A stretch of 64,000 nucleotides of DNA from Candidatus Omnitrophota bacterium (GTDB lineage: Bacteria; Omnitrophota; Gorgyraeia; Tantalellales; Tantalellaceae), in contig JAHJBY010000033.1 of the NCBI GenBank assembly GCA_018813285.1, forward strand, positions 69,157 through 133,156, read 5' to 3'. Positions 36,251-46,274 of this stretch are shown piece by piece. Within the stretch, counting starts at the first letter, position 1. The number at the start of each line of letters is the position of its first letter. The translations under genes and the position numbers were made by a program. Under the pieces are notes generated by a model. The model saw nothing but the letters and a program-made list of their open reading frames with translations. It did not search any database and was not told the DNA's origin.

Positions 36251-37729
36251 TTATGGCGCCTGTTTTCTTGGATTGCCACACTCGCTCGCAATGACCTTCC
36301 GCATGTACTTTAGTTCATCTTTCTTTGTGCGCAATTTTCCATCAAGTTTTTCGTACAGCACTTTCCGGAGTATCTCTTTGTACCGCGGCCCGGGAGAAAT
36401 GCCTTCTTTTTTTATATCATGGCCATTTATTTGAAGATCAATTCCGTTATATTCGGTGAAAAATTTCCGTATCCGCCGACGTGCAACTCCGGATCCGGTT
36501 TTTGCCATAATACAAAGCGTCACCTCTTGCGGCAACGGTTCAAGGAATCTGTATACCAGGCTCGGTGATACTTTCCCGCCCTGGGACAACCTTCTTCGAA
36601 CAAGCCTTTCCTGCTCTTTATATGAACGTATTTGCATGGCAACGTTATTAGTGAAAATAAATTTTTCGAGAACTTCTTCCGTCTGATAGAGATCCAGGTT
36701 CTCTATCATTATGAGAAAGTTGATAAGCCATTCATCAATCTTTCTTTTCCTTACAGCCGCAACTCTATACCACTTCAGGCATTTTCTTGCTTCTCGAAAC
36801 GTTCTTTTGGCGGATCTTTTCAAAATAAGATCCGGGTGTATGAAGCGCAGCTCGTGCAGTTGTTTCATGCGGTAAACCGCTTTTTCAGGATGCCTTTCCT
36901 TCAAGATCAGGATGAGCTCCTCGCGTATTCTCTGATCCTCCATGCGCCGGAACATCTCCTGTTTCACCGCGTGTTGTATAAGGCGTTCCGTATGTTTCTC
37001 TATCCTGAAACCGAACCTTTGTTCAAACCTGACGGCCCTGAAGATACGCGTGGGATCATCCAGAAAGCTTTTGTCATGGAGTATCCGAATAACACCCTTT
37101 TCCAGATCTCTCATCCCGCCGAAACAATCGGCAAATGATCCGAAATCTGACCTGTTTATTTTAAGTGCCATCGCGTTGATAGTGAAATCCCGCCGATATA
37201 GATCTTGTTCGAGAGAGCTCGCCCTGACAACCGGCAGGGTAGCGGGTTTTTCGTATTTCTCTTTCCGAGCCGCGGCGACATCTATCTTAAATTCACTGTC
37301 CGGATGGATGGACGGCCCTAACCACGAAGGCCATTTTTTGACAAGTGTCGCGGTGCCGAATTTTCTATGCACGACGAGCGTCCCCCCCAACTTTTCCTTA
37401 AGGATTTTTGCGAAAAGAATGGCATCGCCTTCCACCACCAGATCAAGATCGTAATTTTTCACCCCCAAAAGAATATCCCGCACGAATCCGCCTGTCAAAA
37501 ACGCGTTTATTCCGGCTACGTCCGCATAACCACCTATGGCGTTTATGGTCCGCATGAGCTTTTTTGGGACAAAGGCCCGCATTTTCGAAAGAATACGCGG
37601 CATTTTTTCCAGCACATCGATTCTGGCGCCGATACCCGCAAGTTTGCCATTTTTGATGACCGGCACCCGGCCACGACCTTTGTTGTTCATAATATCTTTC
37701 AAAATGCGCATCGCGGTTCCTGGTGTCAA
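36251..37729 (-). CDS. tRNA nucleotidyltransferase/poly(A) polymerase family protein
   Basis: 492 aa; pol-beta-like head domain GGFVRDILLG...DLDLVV, followed by a long helical body. Cannot distinguish CCA-adding enzyme from PcnB-type enzymes by sequence. Confidence 0.65.
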   Translation of the reverse strand: MTPGTAMRILKDIMNNKGRGRVPVIKNGKLAGIGARIDVLEKMPRILSKMRAFVPKKLMRTINAIGGYADVAGINAFLTGGFVRDILLGVKNYDLDLVVEGDAILFAKILKEKLGGTLVVHRKFGTATLVKKWPSWLGPSIHPDSEFKIDVAAARKEKYEKPATLPVVRASSLEQDLYRRDFTINAMALKINRSDFGSFADCFGGMRDLEKGVIRILHDKSFLDDPTRIFRAVRFEQRFGFRIEKHTERLIQHAVKQEMFRRMEDQRIREELILILKERHPEKAVYRMKQLHELRFIHPDLILKRSAKRTFREARKCLKWYRVAAVRKRKIDEWLINFLIMIENLDLYQTEEVLEKFIFTNNVAMQIRSYKEQERLVRRRLSQGGKVSPSLVYRFLEPLPQEVTLCIMAKTGSGVARRRIRKFFTEYNGIDLQINGHDIKKEGISPGPRYKEILRKVLYEKLDGKLRTKKDELKYMRKVIASECGNPRKQAP

Positions 37730-37733
37730 CCGT

Positions 37734-38618
37734 TTACCCCCGCGGGTGAAACTGGCTATGAACCCGTTTCAATCTTTCTTTGTTAATGTGGGTATACACC
37801 TGAGTCGAGGAAATGTCAGCGTGCCCCAGCATTTCCTGAACACCCCTAAGTTCAGCGCCACCCTCTAAAAGATGCGTCGCGAAAGAATGTCTTAACGTAT
37901 GCGGTGTTACCTTTTTTTTGATGCCGGCAAGAGCTGCGTACCGATGAATGATCTTCCACAAACTCTGCCGGGAAAGTTTTTTTCCAAAACGTGACAAAAA
38001 TAAATGCTTATCGCTTGTATTCCGCCGCAATTTCTCTCTGGATCTCTCGATGTATTTGGCAATAGCTTTTTTTGCCGCGCCGCCCAGGGGAATGATCCTC
38101 TCTTTGCCGCCCTTACCGAAACATTTAATGAACCCGGAGTCTAAATTAACGTCTGCTTTCTTCAGACTTGACGCTTCAGAGGCTCGGACCCCGGTGGCGT
38201 ACATAAGCTCCAGTATGGCTTTATCCCGCGTGCCCATCCACCCTTTACCTGACGGGGCATTCAGGAGAGATTCCACCTCTTTGCTACTCATAACATCGGG
38301 GATATTCTTCCAAGTCTTCGGTGTTTCTACTATCGCGGCGATATTTTCCGAAACAAGCTGTTCAGAAACCAGAAATTTCCAGAAGGTTTTCAGCACGGCA
38401 AGGTTTCTGGCAACAGTAGTGGTGGCAAGTCCGCTATCTTTGAGCAGCATTAAAAAATCAAGGATTACTTCCCTATCGACCGCGGATATATCTTTGTGAA
38501 CGCGGTTAATATAACCGGCAAATTTGACAAGATCCCGCCGGTAGGACTGAATGGTGTTCCCGCTGACTCCCCTTTCCACTTCCATGAAATATATGAACTG
38601 ATCTAACAATTCTTTCAT
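37734..38618 (-). CDS. Tyrosine recombinase XerC/XerD
   Basis: 294 aa. N-terminal SAM-like core-binding domain, catalytic R...HxxR...Y (HTLRHSFATHLL, VYTH). Confidence 0.8.
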   Translation of the reverse strand: MKELLDQFIYFMEVERGVSGNTIQSYRRDLVKFAGYINRVHKDISAVDREVILDFLMLLKDSGLATTTVARNLAVLKTFWKFLVSEQLVSENIAAIVETPKTWKNIPDVMSSKEVESLLNAPSGKGWMGTRDKAILELMYATGVRASEASSLKKADVNLDSGFIKCFGKGGKERIIPLGGAAKKAIAKYIERSREKLRRNTSDKHLFLSRFGKKLSRQSLWKIIHRYAALAGIKKKVTPHTLRHSFATHLLEGGAELRGVQEMLGHADISSTQVYTHINKERLKRVHSQFHPRG

Positions 38619-39250
38619 AAGAACGGATTGGACCGCCTTTCGTGGCCTATGGTGGTTTCCGGGCCGTGTCCGGGCAACACTTTCACATCGTCCGGAAGGA
38701 CCATAAGTTTTTCGTTTATTGATCTCATTAACATGTCATAATCACCGCCGGGACAATCTGTCCTCCCAACCCCTTCAAAAAAAAGCGTATCACCGCTGAA
38801 AAGTATATTTCCGCATCTTAACGATATCCCGCCGGGGGTATGTCCGGGCGTATGTATGACCTCCAATTTGAGGCCGCCCATGTCTATCACATCTCCGTCT
38901 TTCAAGAAACGGCCGGGATGCACCTCTCTTACCGCCCGGCATCCCATGAACGAAAGGTTTTTACTACTGTCGTTCAGATAGGGTCCATCCAGTTCATGGA
39001 TCATTACAAGGAAACCAAATTCGGCGTCTCCCATGATATGGTCAGCATGCCCATGCGTGTTAACGGTGGCAACAACTTCTACCCCCGCCTTCTTGATATA
39101 TTCGTTAATGCCGCGGATAAAATCTCCGGGATCTATCAGTATTCCCTTATGTGATCTTTTTTCATAGACAAGATAGCAGTTTGTCGCGAGCAGGCCGACC
39201 GTGAATTTTTTTACAACAAGTTCTTTCTCACCGTCTGAAATCATCGGCAA
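38615..39250 (-). CDS. MBL-fold metallo-hydrolase (GloB-like)
   Basis: 211 aa; THGHADH metal-binding motif and further His/Asp ligands. Confidence 0.75.
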   Translation of the reverse strand: MPMISDGEKELVVKKFTVGLLATNCYLVYEKRSHKGILIDPGDFIRGINEYIKKAGVEVVATVNTHGHADHIMGDAEFGFLVMIHELDGPYLNDSSKNLSFMGCRAVREVHPGRFLKDGDVIDMGGLKLEVIHTPGHTPGGISLRCGNILFSGDTLFFEGVGRTDCPGGDYDMLMRSINEKLMVLPDDVKVLPGHGPETTIGHERRSNPFL

Positions 39251-39749
39251 TATACCCCTCTATTTTTCGGTATGAAAAATCTTTTTTGACAGCTCTCCCG
39301 ACTGTTTCGATCCTGATCCTAAGACGCACCGCGTTGCCTCCGGTGACCCTCTCCTTCTTTATCACTCTCTCTATGTCCAACATCTCATCTACCAGCGGCT
39401 GCATCTCGGCCGACTTTTCATCGGTAAGCATTTGCTGCATATCGGTTAGATTCGCGATGTCCTGTTCCACGGCGACCATGGTTTTTTTGTTGTTACTGTG
39501 AGCAAGAACAGCCAGCAGTTCTTTATGCCAGGTCTTCCAGTAAATATACCGTTTCGTGTAAAGTTCAATGCTGGGATGGACATCATATTTTTTCAGGGAT
39601 TGATATGTTTTTGGTTTGGCCGGCTCGTCTTTTTTGCTTGAAAACACCTTTTTGAGGCTCGCGCACCCCGTTAACGAACAAAGACAGGCCGCCAGAATAA
39701 AATAAAACGCTATCGTCCTTACCATCATCTTCCTGTTCATAGAAACCAC
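39228..39749 (-). CDS. Hypothetical lipoprotein
   Basis: 173 aa; signal peptide with lipobox LTGC, then charged helical region. Confidence 0.5.
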   Translation of the reverse strand: MVSMNRKMMVRTIAFYFILAACLCSLTGCASLKKVFSSKKDEPAKPKTYQSLKKYDVHPSIELYTKRYIYWKTWHKELLAVLAHSNNKKTMVAVEQDIANLTDMQQMLTDEKSAEMQPLVDEMLDIERVIKKERVTGGNAVRLRIRIETVGRAVKKDFSYRKIEGYIADDFRR

Positions 39750-39758
39750 GCCTTTTTT

Positions 39759-40046
39759 CTAAAACCTTATTTCAAATGTCTCAAACTCGCCCGTATCCGT
39801 TTGCCATTCCACACACGAATCCCCTATATGATCGGACATTCTTTTCGTCAGATCCGTGATAAAAGATTCAAGTTGGCCTCGCGTGCCCTCGCCGACCAAT
39901 AGCACGTTCCCGTTAGACAGATTTTTGACGAATCCAGCCACTCCGGCCGCCTGAGCTATCCTTCTGGCGGAAAATCTAAAACCGACACCCTGGACATACC
40001 CGCTATAAATGACCTGGACCCTTTGAAGTTGGCTCATGAGGCGCAT
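39759..40046 (-). CDS. acyP: Acylphosphatase
   Basis: 95 aa; VQGVGFR and GFV(K)N motifs. Confidence 0.8.
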   Translation of the reverse strand: MRLMSQLQRVQVIYSGYVQGVGFRFSARRIAQAAGVAGFVKNLSNGNVLLVGEGTRGQLESFITDLTKRMSDHIGDSCVEWQTDTGEFETFEIRF

Positions 40047-40405
40047 TTGAACTTGGGTTTCTCGTCACTGTCCTTTAGAATTTGTTCCACTCCTGCTTTT
40101 AGCGCCGGAATATCTTTTCTTGTCGTAGCCCAAACTGCATTGATATCTACTCCAAAGTAATCGTGAATAAGCTTATCCCTCATTTCTGCTATATCCTTCC
40201 ATGGAATATTGGGGTATTTGTTTCGCATGTCAGAGGAAATCTTCTTAGCTGCTTCTCCAATGATTTCGGTCTGCCGGATGACCCCGTCTTGAAGAAGCAT
40301 AGTCTTGGTAAAAATCTCCTCATTAACCCCGGAAAGATATCCTTCGATTCTATCAATCGCGCCTACAATGTGTTTCAGATATACTGTATCATCCCGACTT
40401 TTCAT
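40034..40405 (-). CDS. hepT: HepT-like (DUF86, HEPN) toxin ribonuclease
   Basis: 123 aa; HEPN Rx4-6H region (RDKLIHDY). Immediately downstream of an MNT-family gene. Confidence 0.75.
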   Translation of the reverse strand: MKSRDDTVYLKHIVGAIDRIEGYLSGVNEEIFTKTMLLQDGVIRQTEIIGEAAKKISSDMRNKYPNIPWKDIAEMRDKLIHDYFGVDINAVWATTRKDIPALKAGVEQILKDSDEKPKFKCAS

Positions 40406-40685
40406 AAACTACCTTCATCTCACTTTTAATCCTATCTTTTAAATATGGGCTGATAGAGGCTTCAGTTAATAAATCCGTCTTTCTGCCCAAAACCTCTGAA
40501 AATACTCTTTCAATCCTCACAAGATCAAGCAAGCTCTTGGGTTTTGAAAAACGAGCTAAGAGATCAATATCGCTCTCTTCTGTGAAATCACCTGTTACAA
40601 AAGAACCAAATATCGCCAAGAATACAATATCATTATTTTTGCATATTTCGAGTAACTTCATCCTATTACTACTAACCACTCTCAT
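40389..40685 (-). CDS. mntA: MntA-like minimal nucleotidyltransferase antitoxin
   Basis: 98 aa; GSxxxG...DxD NTase motif (FGSFVTGDFTEESDIDLL). Overlaps hepT start. Confidence 0.75.
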   Translation of the reverse strand: MRVVSSNRMKLLEICKNNDIVFLAIFGSFVTGDFTEESDIDLLARFSKPKSLLDLVRIERVFSEVLGRKTDLLTEASISPYLKDRIKSEMKVVYEKSG

Positions 40686-40723
40686 GATTTCCTCTTCTCA
40701 TTATTCTTACTTCTTTTTACCAA

Positions 40724-40915
40724 TTACCAATTTATCGATAAAAACCTCCGAGTAGAGACTATTTTGGTGGCCGTGGCAATAGCAGGCTCCTTCGCAATTC
40801 CTTGTCCAATTTTTATAAGGATATTATCAGAAACGTCTGCAAAGCGAGCAATTTTCTCCTGCGACAGCCCTTTTTTCATTCTTAGTTTTCCTACATTTTC
40901 CGCAAGCATAATCAA
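40724..40915 (-). CDS. Small XRE-family HTH protein
   Basis: 63 aa; KKGLSQEKIARFADVSDNILIKIGQG fits HTH_3. Confidence 0.5.
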   Translation of the reverse strand: MIMLAENVGKLRMKKGLSQEKIARFADVSDNILIKIGQGIAKEPAIATATKIVSTRRFLSINW

Positions 40916-40983
40916 ACCTTGACAGTCTTACTATTCATGATAGTGTTCTTATGGCGGTATATCCATTCAGCGAACTGCGAAAG

Positions 40984-41061
40984 ATGGTCGGGGCGCTGGG
41001 ATTCGAACCCAGGACCTCCACGTCCCGAACGTGGCACGCTAGCCAAGCTGCGCTACGCCCC
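40984..41061 (-). tRNA. tRNA-Pro (anticodon CGG), CCA encoded
   Basis: Reverse complement reads CGGGGCGTAGCGCAGCTTGGCTAGCGTGCCACGTTCGGGACGTGGAGGTCCTGGGTTCGAATCCCAGCGCCCCGACCA. Cloverleaf with 7-bp acceptor, anticodon loop TTCGGGA, T-loop GTTCGAATC. Confidence 0.85.
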
Positions 41062-41183
41062 GACAACAAAATCCCACAAACGCGGGTATATTATCATGTT
41101 AATAAACATTTTGCAACACATCATTAGTGAAAGGGTTAACACAAAGAAAGCCGTCAGCCATAAGCTATCAGCTTTCAGCTAAA

Positions 41184-41434
41184 GGCGAGAGGCTATAGAA
41201 AAGATAATCCATGGTGAACAAGTGAATGGTGAAAGTGAAGTGAAAACGGAGAACTCATTACAGGAATTTAGCTTTTTATTTGGTCTTGAGCGCGAAATAC
41301 CACACTCACGAGTGTTCGCGCTCTCCGACAGCCAAAAGCTGGAGGAGGGGCAAGTTTCGTGAGGTGCGAAAGGTCGAATAAAAAGCGTTAAGAATTCCTG
41401 TAGAGGCCGATTTTTTACTTCACTTTCATCATCC
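41184..41434. repeat. Mosaic intergenic repeat element, locus D (between ribE and tRNA-Pro), bounded by 12-bp inverted repeats
   Basis: GGCGAGAGGC 41184-41193. Five tandem GTGAA units (GTGAACAAGTGAATGGTGAAAGTGAAGTGAAAAC, 41214-41247). Internal hairpin GAGCGCGAA...TTCGCGCTC 41288-41323. GGAGGAGGGGCAAG 41341-41354. Inverted arms TGAAAGTGAAGT (41230-41241) and ACTTCACTTTCA (41417-41428). Confidence 0.55.
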
Positions 41435-41468
41435 CGCGTTAAAACATAGGCAAAAGGTGAGGACCGAA

Positions 41469-42095
41469 CTAATCCATGAATCCAGCGCGGCGGAGAGTAT
41501 CTTCTGTAATACTGCCCTTTCGCTGCTTCTCCGCGTATTTGGCCATCATGTCGAATTCGACGTTGAGGCGATCACCGGTTTTTTTCGATGAAAGTGTCGT
41601 ATCCTTCAGAGTAAGCGGTATCAGGTATATCCTGAAAAAATCCCGATATACCTCCCCCACGGTCAGGCTCACACCATCGACAGCCACCGCACCCTCAGGA
41701 ACAAGGTACTTCGCGTCTTCCTGAAGGGCGGAAATATCAACAACCCATCCACGGGATGTACGCGAGCTACAGCGTAAGACCCGCACACCGTCAACATGCC
41801 CGGTCACCATATGTCCGGATATTTTTTCGCCAAGCTTCATCGCGGATTCCAGGTTGAGAGGATCGCCGGCACGCAACCGCTTAAGATTCGTCTTGTTAAG
41901 GGTATTCCCCACAACGTCAAAAACCGTTCCGCCTGCCAAACTCGCGACACTCAGACAAACACCGTTAACGGCGACGCTGTCACCGATCGCCAAACCTTCG
42001 GTGACCTTCTCACACGCCACATTTAAACGCCTGACGCTGCCGTCCCATCTAAGGCTTTTTACTTTTCCTATTTCCTTTACTATGCCCGTAAACAC
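41469..42095 (-). CDS. ribE: Riboflavin synthase (alpha subunit)
   Basis: ORF 41469..42242. Lumazine-binding repeats (GDSVAVNGVCLSV ... VDGVSLTV). Likely GTG start at 42095 giving VFTGIVKEIG, or ATG at about 42137; overlaps ribD stop. Confidence 0.8.
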   Translation of the reverse strand: MFTGIVKEIGKVKSLRWDGSVRRLNVACEKVTEGLAIGDSVAVNGVCLSVASLAGGTVFDVVGNTLNKTNLKRLRAGDPLNLESAMKLGEKISGHMVTGHVDGVRVLRCSSRTSRGWVVDISALQEDAKYLVPEGAVAVDGVSLTVGEVYRDFFRIYLIPLTLKDTTLSSKKTGDRLNVEFDMMAKYAEKQRKGSITEDTLRRAGFMD

Positions 42096-43177
42096 TCGCG
42101 CCCCCTTACAATCAAGTCGTCTCCGGATCCTTCCCATCGCACATCTTTCAACTTGATAACATCCATTACACTCCGAACACCCTTGCCCTTGACGGAAGCA
42201 TGATCTCCGCCAATGATCTTTGGCGCGATAAAAAATATCCATTCATCCGCCAGCGCCTCATCCGCAAAACTTCCGGCTATCTCCCCGCCGCCTTCGACCA
42301 GTATATTTACAATACCCTTTTGCCCGAGTTTCTTTAAAAAAGCACGGAGGGAAACCTTCCCACCCTTGCTCTTGGTAACTATCACTTCAACACCTTTAAC
42401 ATTTCTGAATTTTTCCACTCGCTTCGCGGAAGCAAATTCCGTAGTCCCGATAATGAGAGGGGCGCTTCGAGCGGTTTTTACAAGATTCGAAGAAAGGGGT
42501 ATTCTTAACGCGGAATCGACAACGATTCGCGATATGCCGCGGCCGCGCTTCGTCCCGGCTAAAAGTGACGGGTCATCCGCCCTAACTGTATTCGCCCCCA
42601 CACATATGGCATCAAAACATGCCCGCAGTTTCTTCACATATTTTCTGGAACTTGCGCAAGTTATCCATTTTGATGAACCATCACGCGCGGCTATCTTTCC
42701 GTCAATAGACTGAGCAAGTTTTACAGTGACATACGGCAGGCCTGTGGTGATATATTTGAGGTATTTACGGTTCAACCGATACGCGCGGGATCTGAGCAGG
42801 CCCGTATTGACCGATATGCCGCAAGCTCTGAGCGCTTTCACGCCGCGACCGCTTACAAGAGGATTCGGATCAAGCATGGCCACGTTAACTTTTCGGATAC
42901 CGCTTTTTATTATCACCTGTGCGCAAGGAGGGGTTTTCCCATAATGCGCGCACGGTTCGAGCGTTACAAACATCTCCGCTCCGGCAAGCGGCCCGGAAAC
43001 GCTTTTTATAGCCGCGATCTCGGCATGATCGCATCCGGCTTTCCTGTGATATCCGCGGCCTATGATCTTTCCGCCCGCCACGATCACAGCGCCTACCATC
43101 GGGTTCGGGTATGTTCTGTCCTCCGCTTTCGCGGCCAGAAGAAGCGCGGTTCGCATGTATTTGACGTGATCATCCAT
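42080..43177 (-). CDS. ribD: Bifunctional riboflavin biosynthesis deaminase/reductase
   Basis: ORF 42080..43240; start MDDHVKYMRTALLLA. CMP/dCMP deaminase zinc motif (HAEIAAI ... PCAHYGKTPPC) plus C-terminal RibD reductase domain. Confidence 0.85.
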   Translation of the reverse strand: MDDHVKYMRTALLLAAKAEDRTYPNPMVGAVIVAGGKIIGRGYHRKAGCDHAEIAAIKSVSGPLAGAEMFVTLEPCAHYGKTPPCAQVIIKSGIRKVNVAMLDPNPLVSGRGVKALRACGISVNTGLLRSRAYRLNRKYLKYITTGLPYVTVKLAQSIDGKIAARDGSSKWITCASSRKYVKKLRACFDAICVGANTVRADDPSLLAGTKRGRGISRIVVDSALRIPLSSNLVKTARSAPLIIGTTEFASAKRVEKFRNVKGVEVIVTKSKGGKVSLRAFLKKLGQKGIVNILVEGGGEIAGSFADEALADEWIFFIAPKIIGGDHASVKGKGVRSVMDVIKLKDVRWEGSGDDLIVRGRECLRA

Positions 43178-44027
43178 TTTTTTCGTTTCGGATCTTTTCC
43201 GATTCGGCTCGCAATGTTTCGACAACGTCACGGCTGACACGCACCTTGCCCATAAGAAGGCCGTCTTGTTTCAACCCGTGGCAGTCTGACCCGCCGGTGG
43301 CGATAAGCGAGTTTTTCAGGACTAACCGCAAGTATTTGTCGCTCGCGCCCGCTGAATGACGTGTATGATAAACTTCTATCCCCCGCAACCCGGCGGATAT
43401 AAGATCCGGAATATGTTCATCCACACCGGAGGAACCGGGATGCGCCAATACCGGGACACCGCCGGCTTTTTTGATCGCAAGAATGGCATCCCGGAATTCG
43501 AAACGTTCATGGCTGACAAAACACGGCCTGCCGTTGCCTATGTACCGCCCGAACGCCTCACCGGTTGTCTTGACCAGGCCTGATTCCACCATAACGTGCG
43601 CGAGATGCAATCGCCCTATGGTCCCCCCGAAAGACGTATCCATCACCTCGTCTTCTGAGACCTCTATGCCCTTTTCCCGCAAAAGACGTATCATTTCTGT
43701 CATCCTGCCGACACGGCTCTCTTTCCTCTTGTTCAGTCTTTCGACAAAAGGAATGTCCTCGCGATCGATAAAGTATCCCAAAAGATGTATTTCCCGTTCA
43801 CCAATAACGGTTGAGATCTCTACGCCGGGAATGATCTCAAGGCTTGTCCCTGCCGCCGCCTCGATGACCGGCGCCACCCCTTCGATACTGTCATGATCCG
43901 TTATGCTTATGGCCCCAAGGCCCAGACCTATCGCGGTTTTCACCACTCCCCGCGGAGAATACATGCCGTCTGAGTAGACGGTATGTACATGAAGATCGGC
44001 ATACCCTTTATTTATCGCGGCATTCAT
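43170..44027 (-). CDS. PHP-domain phosphoesterase
   Basis: 285 aa; ADLHVHTVYSDG and ITDHD metal-binding motifs. Confidence 0.7.
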   Translation of the reverse strand: MNAAINKGYADLHVHTVYSDGMYSPRGVVKTAIGLGLGAISITDHDSIEGVAPVIEAAAGTSLEIIPGVEISTVIGEREIHLLGYFIDREDIPFVERLNKRKESRVGRMTEMIRLLREKGIEVSEDEVMDTSFGGTIGRLHLAHVMVESGLVKTTGEAFGRYIGNGRPCFVSHERFEFRDAILAIKKAGGVPVLAHPGSSGVDEHIPDLISAGLRGIEVYHTRHSAGASDKYLRLVLKNSLIATGGSDCHGLKQDGLLMGKVRVSRDVVETLRAESEKIRNEKNG

Positions 44028-44424
44028 CTTTTATCTTGTCCAGTATTCCGTTCACAAATTTCCCGGAATCGCGGCTCCCGTATTTCTTCGCTATTTCGAT
44101 CGCTTCATTTATCGATACTTTAGGCGGCACATCGTCCATGAAAATAAGCTCAAAAGAAGCAATTCGAAGGATGTTCCTGTCGATCGTCGCCATGCGATCC
44201 ATCCGCCAGTTCGTGGCATGGCCGGTTATGCCTTCATCTATCTTCTCGAGGTTCGATCCAATTCCGGATATAAGGCACTCCGCGTACTCCATAACAGCAT
44301 CTTCTTCGCCATCGTTGTTGTTGCGGTACGCTTCAAAACATATATCTATCGGATCGCCGGTTATCTCCCACGCGTACAGGATCTTCAGCGCTATTTCGCG
44401 TGCCTTCGTGCGTTTTCTCATCAT
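44008..44424 (-). CDS. nusB: Transcription antitermination factor NusB
   Basis: 138 aa; [13 protein letters not shown] ... NusB fold sequence. Embedded in rib operon. Confidence 0.85.
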   Translation of the reverse strand: MMRKRTKAREIALKILYAWEITGDPIDICFEAYRNNNDGEEDAVMEYAECLISGIGSNLEKIDEGITGHATNWRMDRMATIDRNILRIASFELIFMDDVPPKVSINEAIEIAKKYGSRDSGKFVNGILDKIKDECRDK

Positions 44425-44891
44425 ATCTCCGCATATAGGTTGCTCATTTCAATGGCAGTTTTGGCCGCGTCCCTGCCCTTATTTCCGCTTTTCGAGCCGG
44501 CTCTGTCGAGGGCTTGCTCAAGATTGTCGGTCGTGACAACACCGAATACGCAGGGGATATCACTTTTCATCCCTACCTGGGCCACGCCTTTGGCTACCTC
44601 GGACGCGATGAGATCAAAATGAGACGTCTCCCCTCTGATAATAGCGCCAAGACATATCACGGCGTCATATTTGCCGGAGGCCGTCATCCTTTTCGCCGTC
44701 ATCGGTATCTCAAAAGAACCGGGCACCCACACAACGGATATATCCGCGTCTTTAACACCATGCTGATTAAGCGTATCTATCGCCCCATCCAAAAGCCTCG
44801 CGGATATGAACTCATTGAATCTGGATACCACAATACCGAACTTCCTTCCTTTCGCGATCAGGTCCGCTTTGATCGTTTTCACATTTCCCAT
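44421..44891 (-). CDS. ribH: 6,7-dimethyl-8-ribityllumazine synthase
   Basis: 156 aa; [12 protein letters not shown] ... lumazine synthase signature. Confidence 0.9.
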   Translation of the reverse strand: MGNVKTIKADLIAKGRKFGIVVSRFNEFISARLLDGAIDTLNQHGVKDADISVVWVPGSFEIPMTAKRMTASGKYDAVICLGAIIRGETSHFDLIASEVAKGVAQVGMKSDIPCVFGVVTTDNLEQALDRAGSKSGNKGRDAAKTAIEMSNLYAEI

Positions 44892-44923
44892 GTCTCCTCC
44901 TTTTTTCCGGGTATTATCGAAAC

Positions 44924-46123
44924 TTATACATGTTTCAATTTATGCCCTAAACGGTTTTTTTTTGTTCTCAGATATTTTTTATTCCGCGTTACCGGTTTTA
45001 TTTCCAGCGAACACCTTTTGACCACATGTAATCCGTAGCCTTCAAGCCCGACTACTTTCCGGGGATTATTGGTCAGAAGGATGATCTTTTTGAGGCCGAG
45101 ATCGACCAGTATCTGCGCGCCGATACCGTAATCCCTTAAATCAGCTTTAAAGCCGAGCTTTTCGTTCGCTTCGACCGTATCCAGGCCATTGTCCTGGAGT
45201 TCATAGGCCTTTAATTTATTAAATAAACCGATGCCGCGCCCTTCCTGCGAAAGATAAAGTATCACCCCTTTGCCTTCGTCAGAGATCGTTTTCATGGCTT
45301 TTTCGAGCTGGCTGCCGCAATCGCATCGGAGTGAATGAAAAACATCACCGGTCAGGCATTGTGAATGCACTCTCACCATAACTTCTCCGCTGGAAACATC
45401 ACCTTTTATTAACGCCAAATGCTGATAATCATCAAGCATAGAGCTGTACGCGCACATGCGGAATTCTCCGAAAGGTGTCGGCAATGTGGTCTCCGCGATT
45501 TTTTCAATAAGCCTCTCCCTGGTCCGACGATAGCGGATAAGATCTTCTATCGTGCAAATCTTTAGTTTGTATTTTTTAGCAAACCTGATAAGCTGCGGCA
45601 ACCTGGACATCGATCCATCCTCGTTCATGATCTCGCAGATAACGCCGACAGGGCGTTTATTCACAAGTTTCATGAGATCTACACATGCCTCCGTATGCCC
45701 GGCGCGGACAAGCACCCCGCCACGCCTGGCCCGCAGTGGAAATACATGTCCGGGTTTCGTAAAATCCCCGGCAGAAGACTTTTTCGAGGCAAGCAGTTTT
45801 ATGGTCTTTGAACGATCATGCGCGGATATGCCTGTAGTCACGCCCTTTTCGGCGTCTACAGACACAGCCCAGGCCGTCTTATACGGATCTTGCGGATCGT
45901 GCGACATTTGACGTAAATGCAGTTCTTCGGCAACGTCTTCTTCCATCGGCACACAAATAAGCCCCCTGCCATGTTTTATCATAAAATTTATTTTTTCAGG
46001 AGTAGCATGCTCCGCGGAAACTATCAGGTCACCCTCATTTTCACGCGACGGATCATCGACCATTATGACCATCCGGCCGCGCTTAATATCTTTTAGCACT
46101 TCTTCTATCGAGTTCAGTTTCAT
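44924..46123 (-). CDS. ribBA: Bifunctional 3,4-dihydroxy-2-butanone-4-phosphate synthase / GTP cyclohydrolase II
   Basis: 399 aa. N-terminal DHBP synthase and C-terminal GCHII with the CxxC...C zinc motif ([20 protein letters not shown]). Confidence 0.9.
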   Translation of the reverse strand: MKLNSIEEVLKDIKRGRMVIMVDDPSRENEGDLIVSAEHATPEKINFMIKHGRGLICVPMEEDVAEELHLRQMSHDPQDPYKTAWAVSVDAEKGVTTGISAHDRSKTIKLLASKKSSAGDFTKPGHVFPLRARRGGVLVRAGHTEACVDLMKLVNKRPVGVICEIMNEDGSMSRLPQLIRFAKKYKLKICTIEDLIRYRRTRERLIEKIAETTLPTPFGEFRMCAYSSMLDDYQHLALIKGDVSSGEVMVRVHSQCLTGDVFHSLRCDCGSQLEKAMKTISDEGKGVILYLSQEGRGIGLFNKLKAYELQDNGLDTVEANEKLGFKADLRDYGIGAQILVDLGLKKIILLTNNPRKVVGLEGYGLHVVKRCSLEIKPVTRNKKYLRTKKNRLGHKLKHV

Positions 46124-46148
46124 ATTTACCTTCAGCTCTCAGCTTTTT

Positions 46149-46168
46149 AGTATTGAGTATTGCGTATT
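46149..46168 (-). promoter_or_regulatory. 5'-leader motif (CAATAC triplet) immediately upstream of ribBA RBS
   Basis: Minus strand reads ATACGCAATACTCAATAC followed by TAAAAAGCTGAGAGCTGAAGG and the ATG. Paralogous to 36217-36234. Confidence 0.4.
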
Positions 46169-46222
46169 CAAAGTTGCAAGAGCACACGGCACATGTGCGC
46201 CCTGCCGGGCGCGCAATAAAAA

Positions 46223-46245
46223 AGCCCTGAAAAAACTTCAGGGCT
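46223..46245 (-). terminator. Intrinsic terminator hairpin (riboswitch attenuator) between FMN aptamer and ribBA
   Basis: AGCCCTGAA/TTCAGGGCT 9-bp stem with 5-nt loop, followed on the minus strand by TTTTTTATT. Confidence 0.65.
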
Positions 46246-46274
46246 TTATATCACGCATATTTACTTCTTACGTG

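Noticed and set aside
37734-38618. Tyrosine recombinase as a marker of a mobile element or integron
   Set aside because: Sequence and length fit the housekeeping XerC/XerD family. It is flanked by housekeeping genes, with no att-like repeats or cargo-like neighbours evident.
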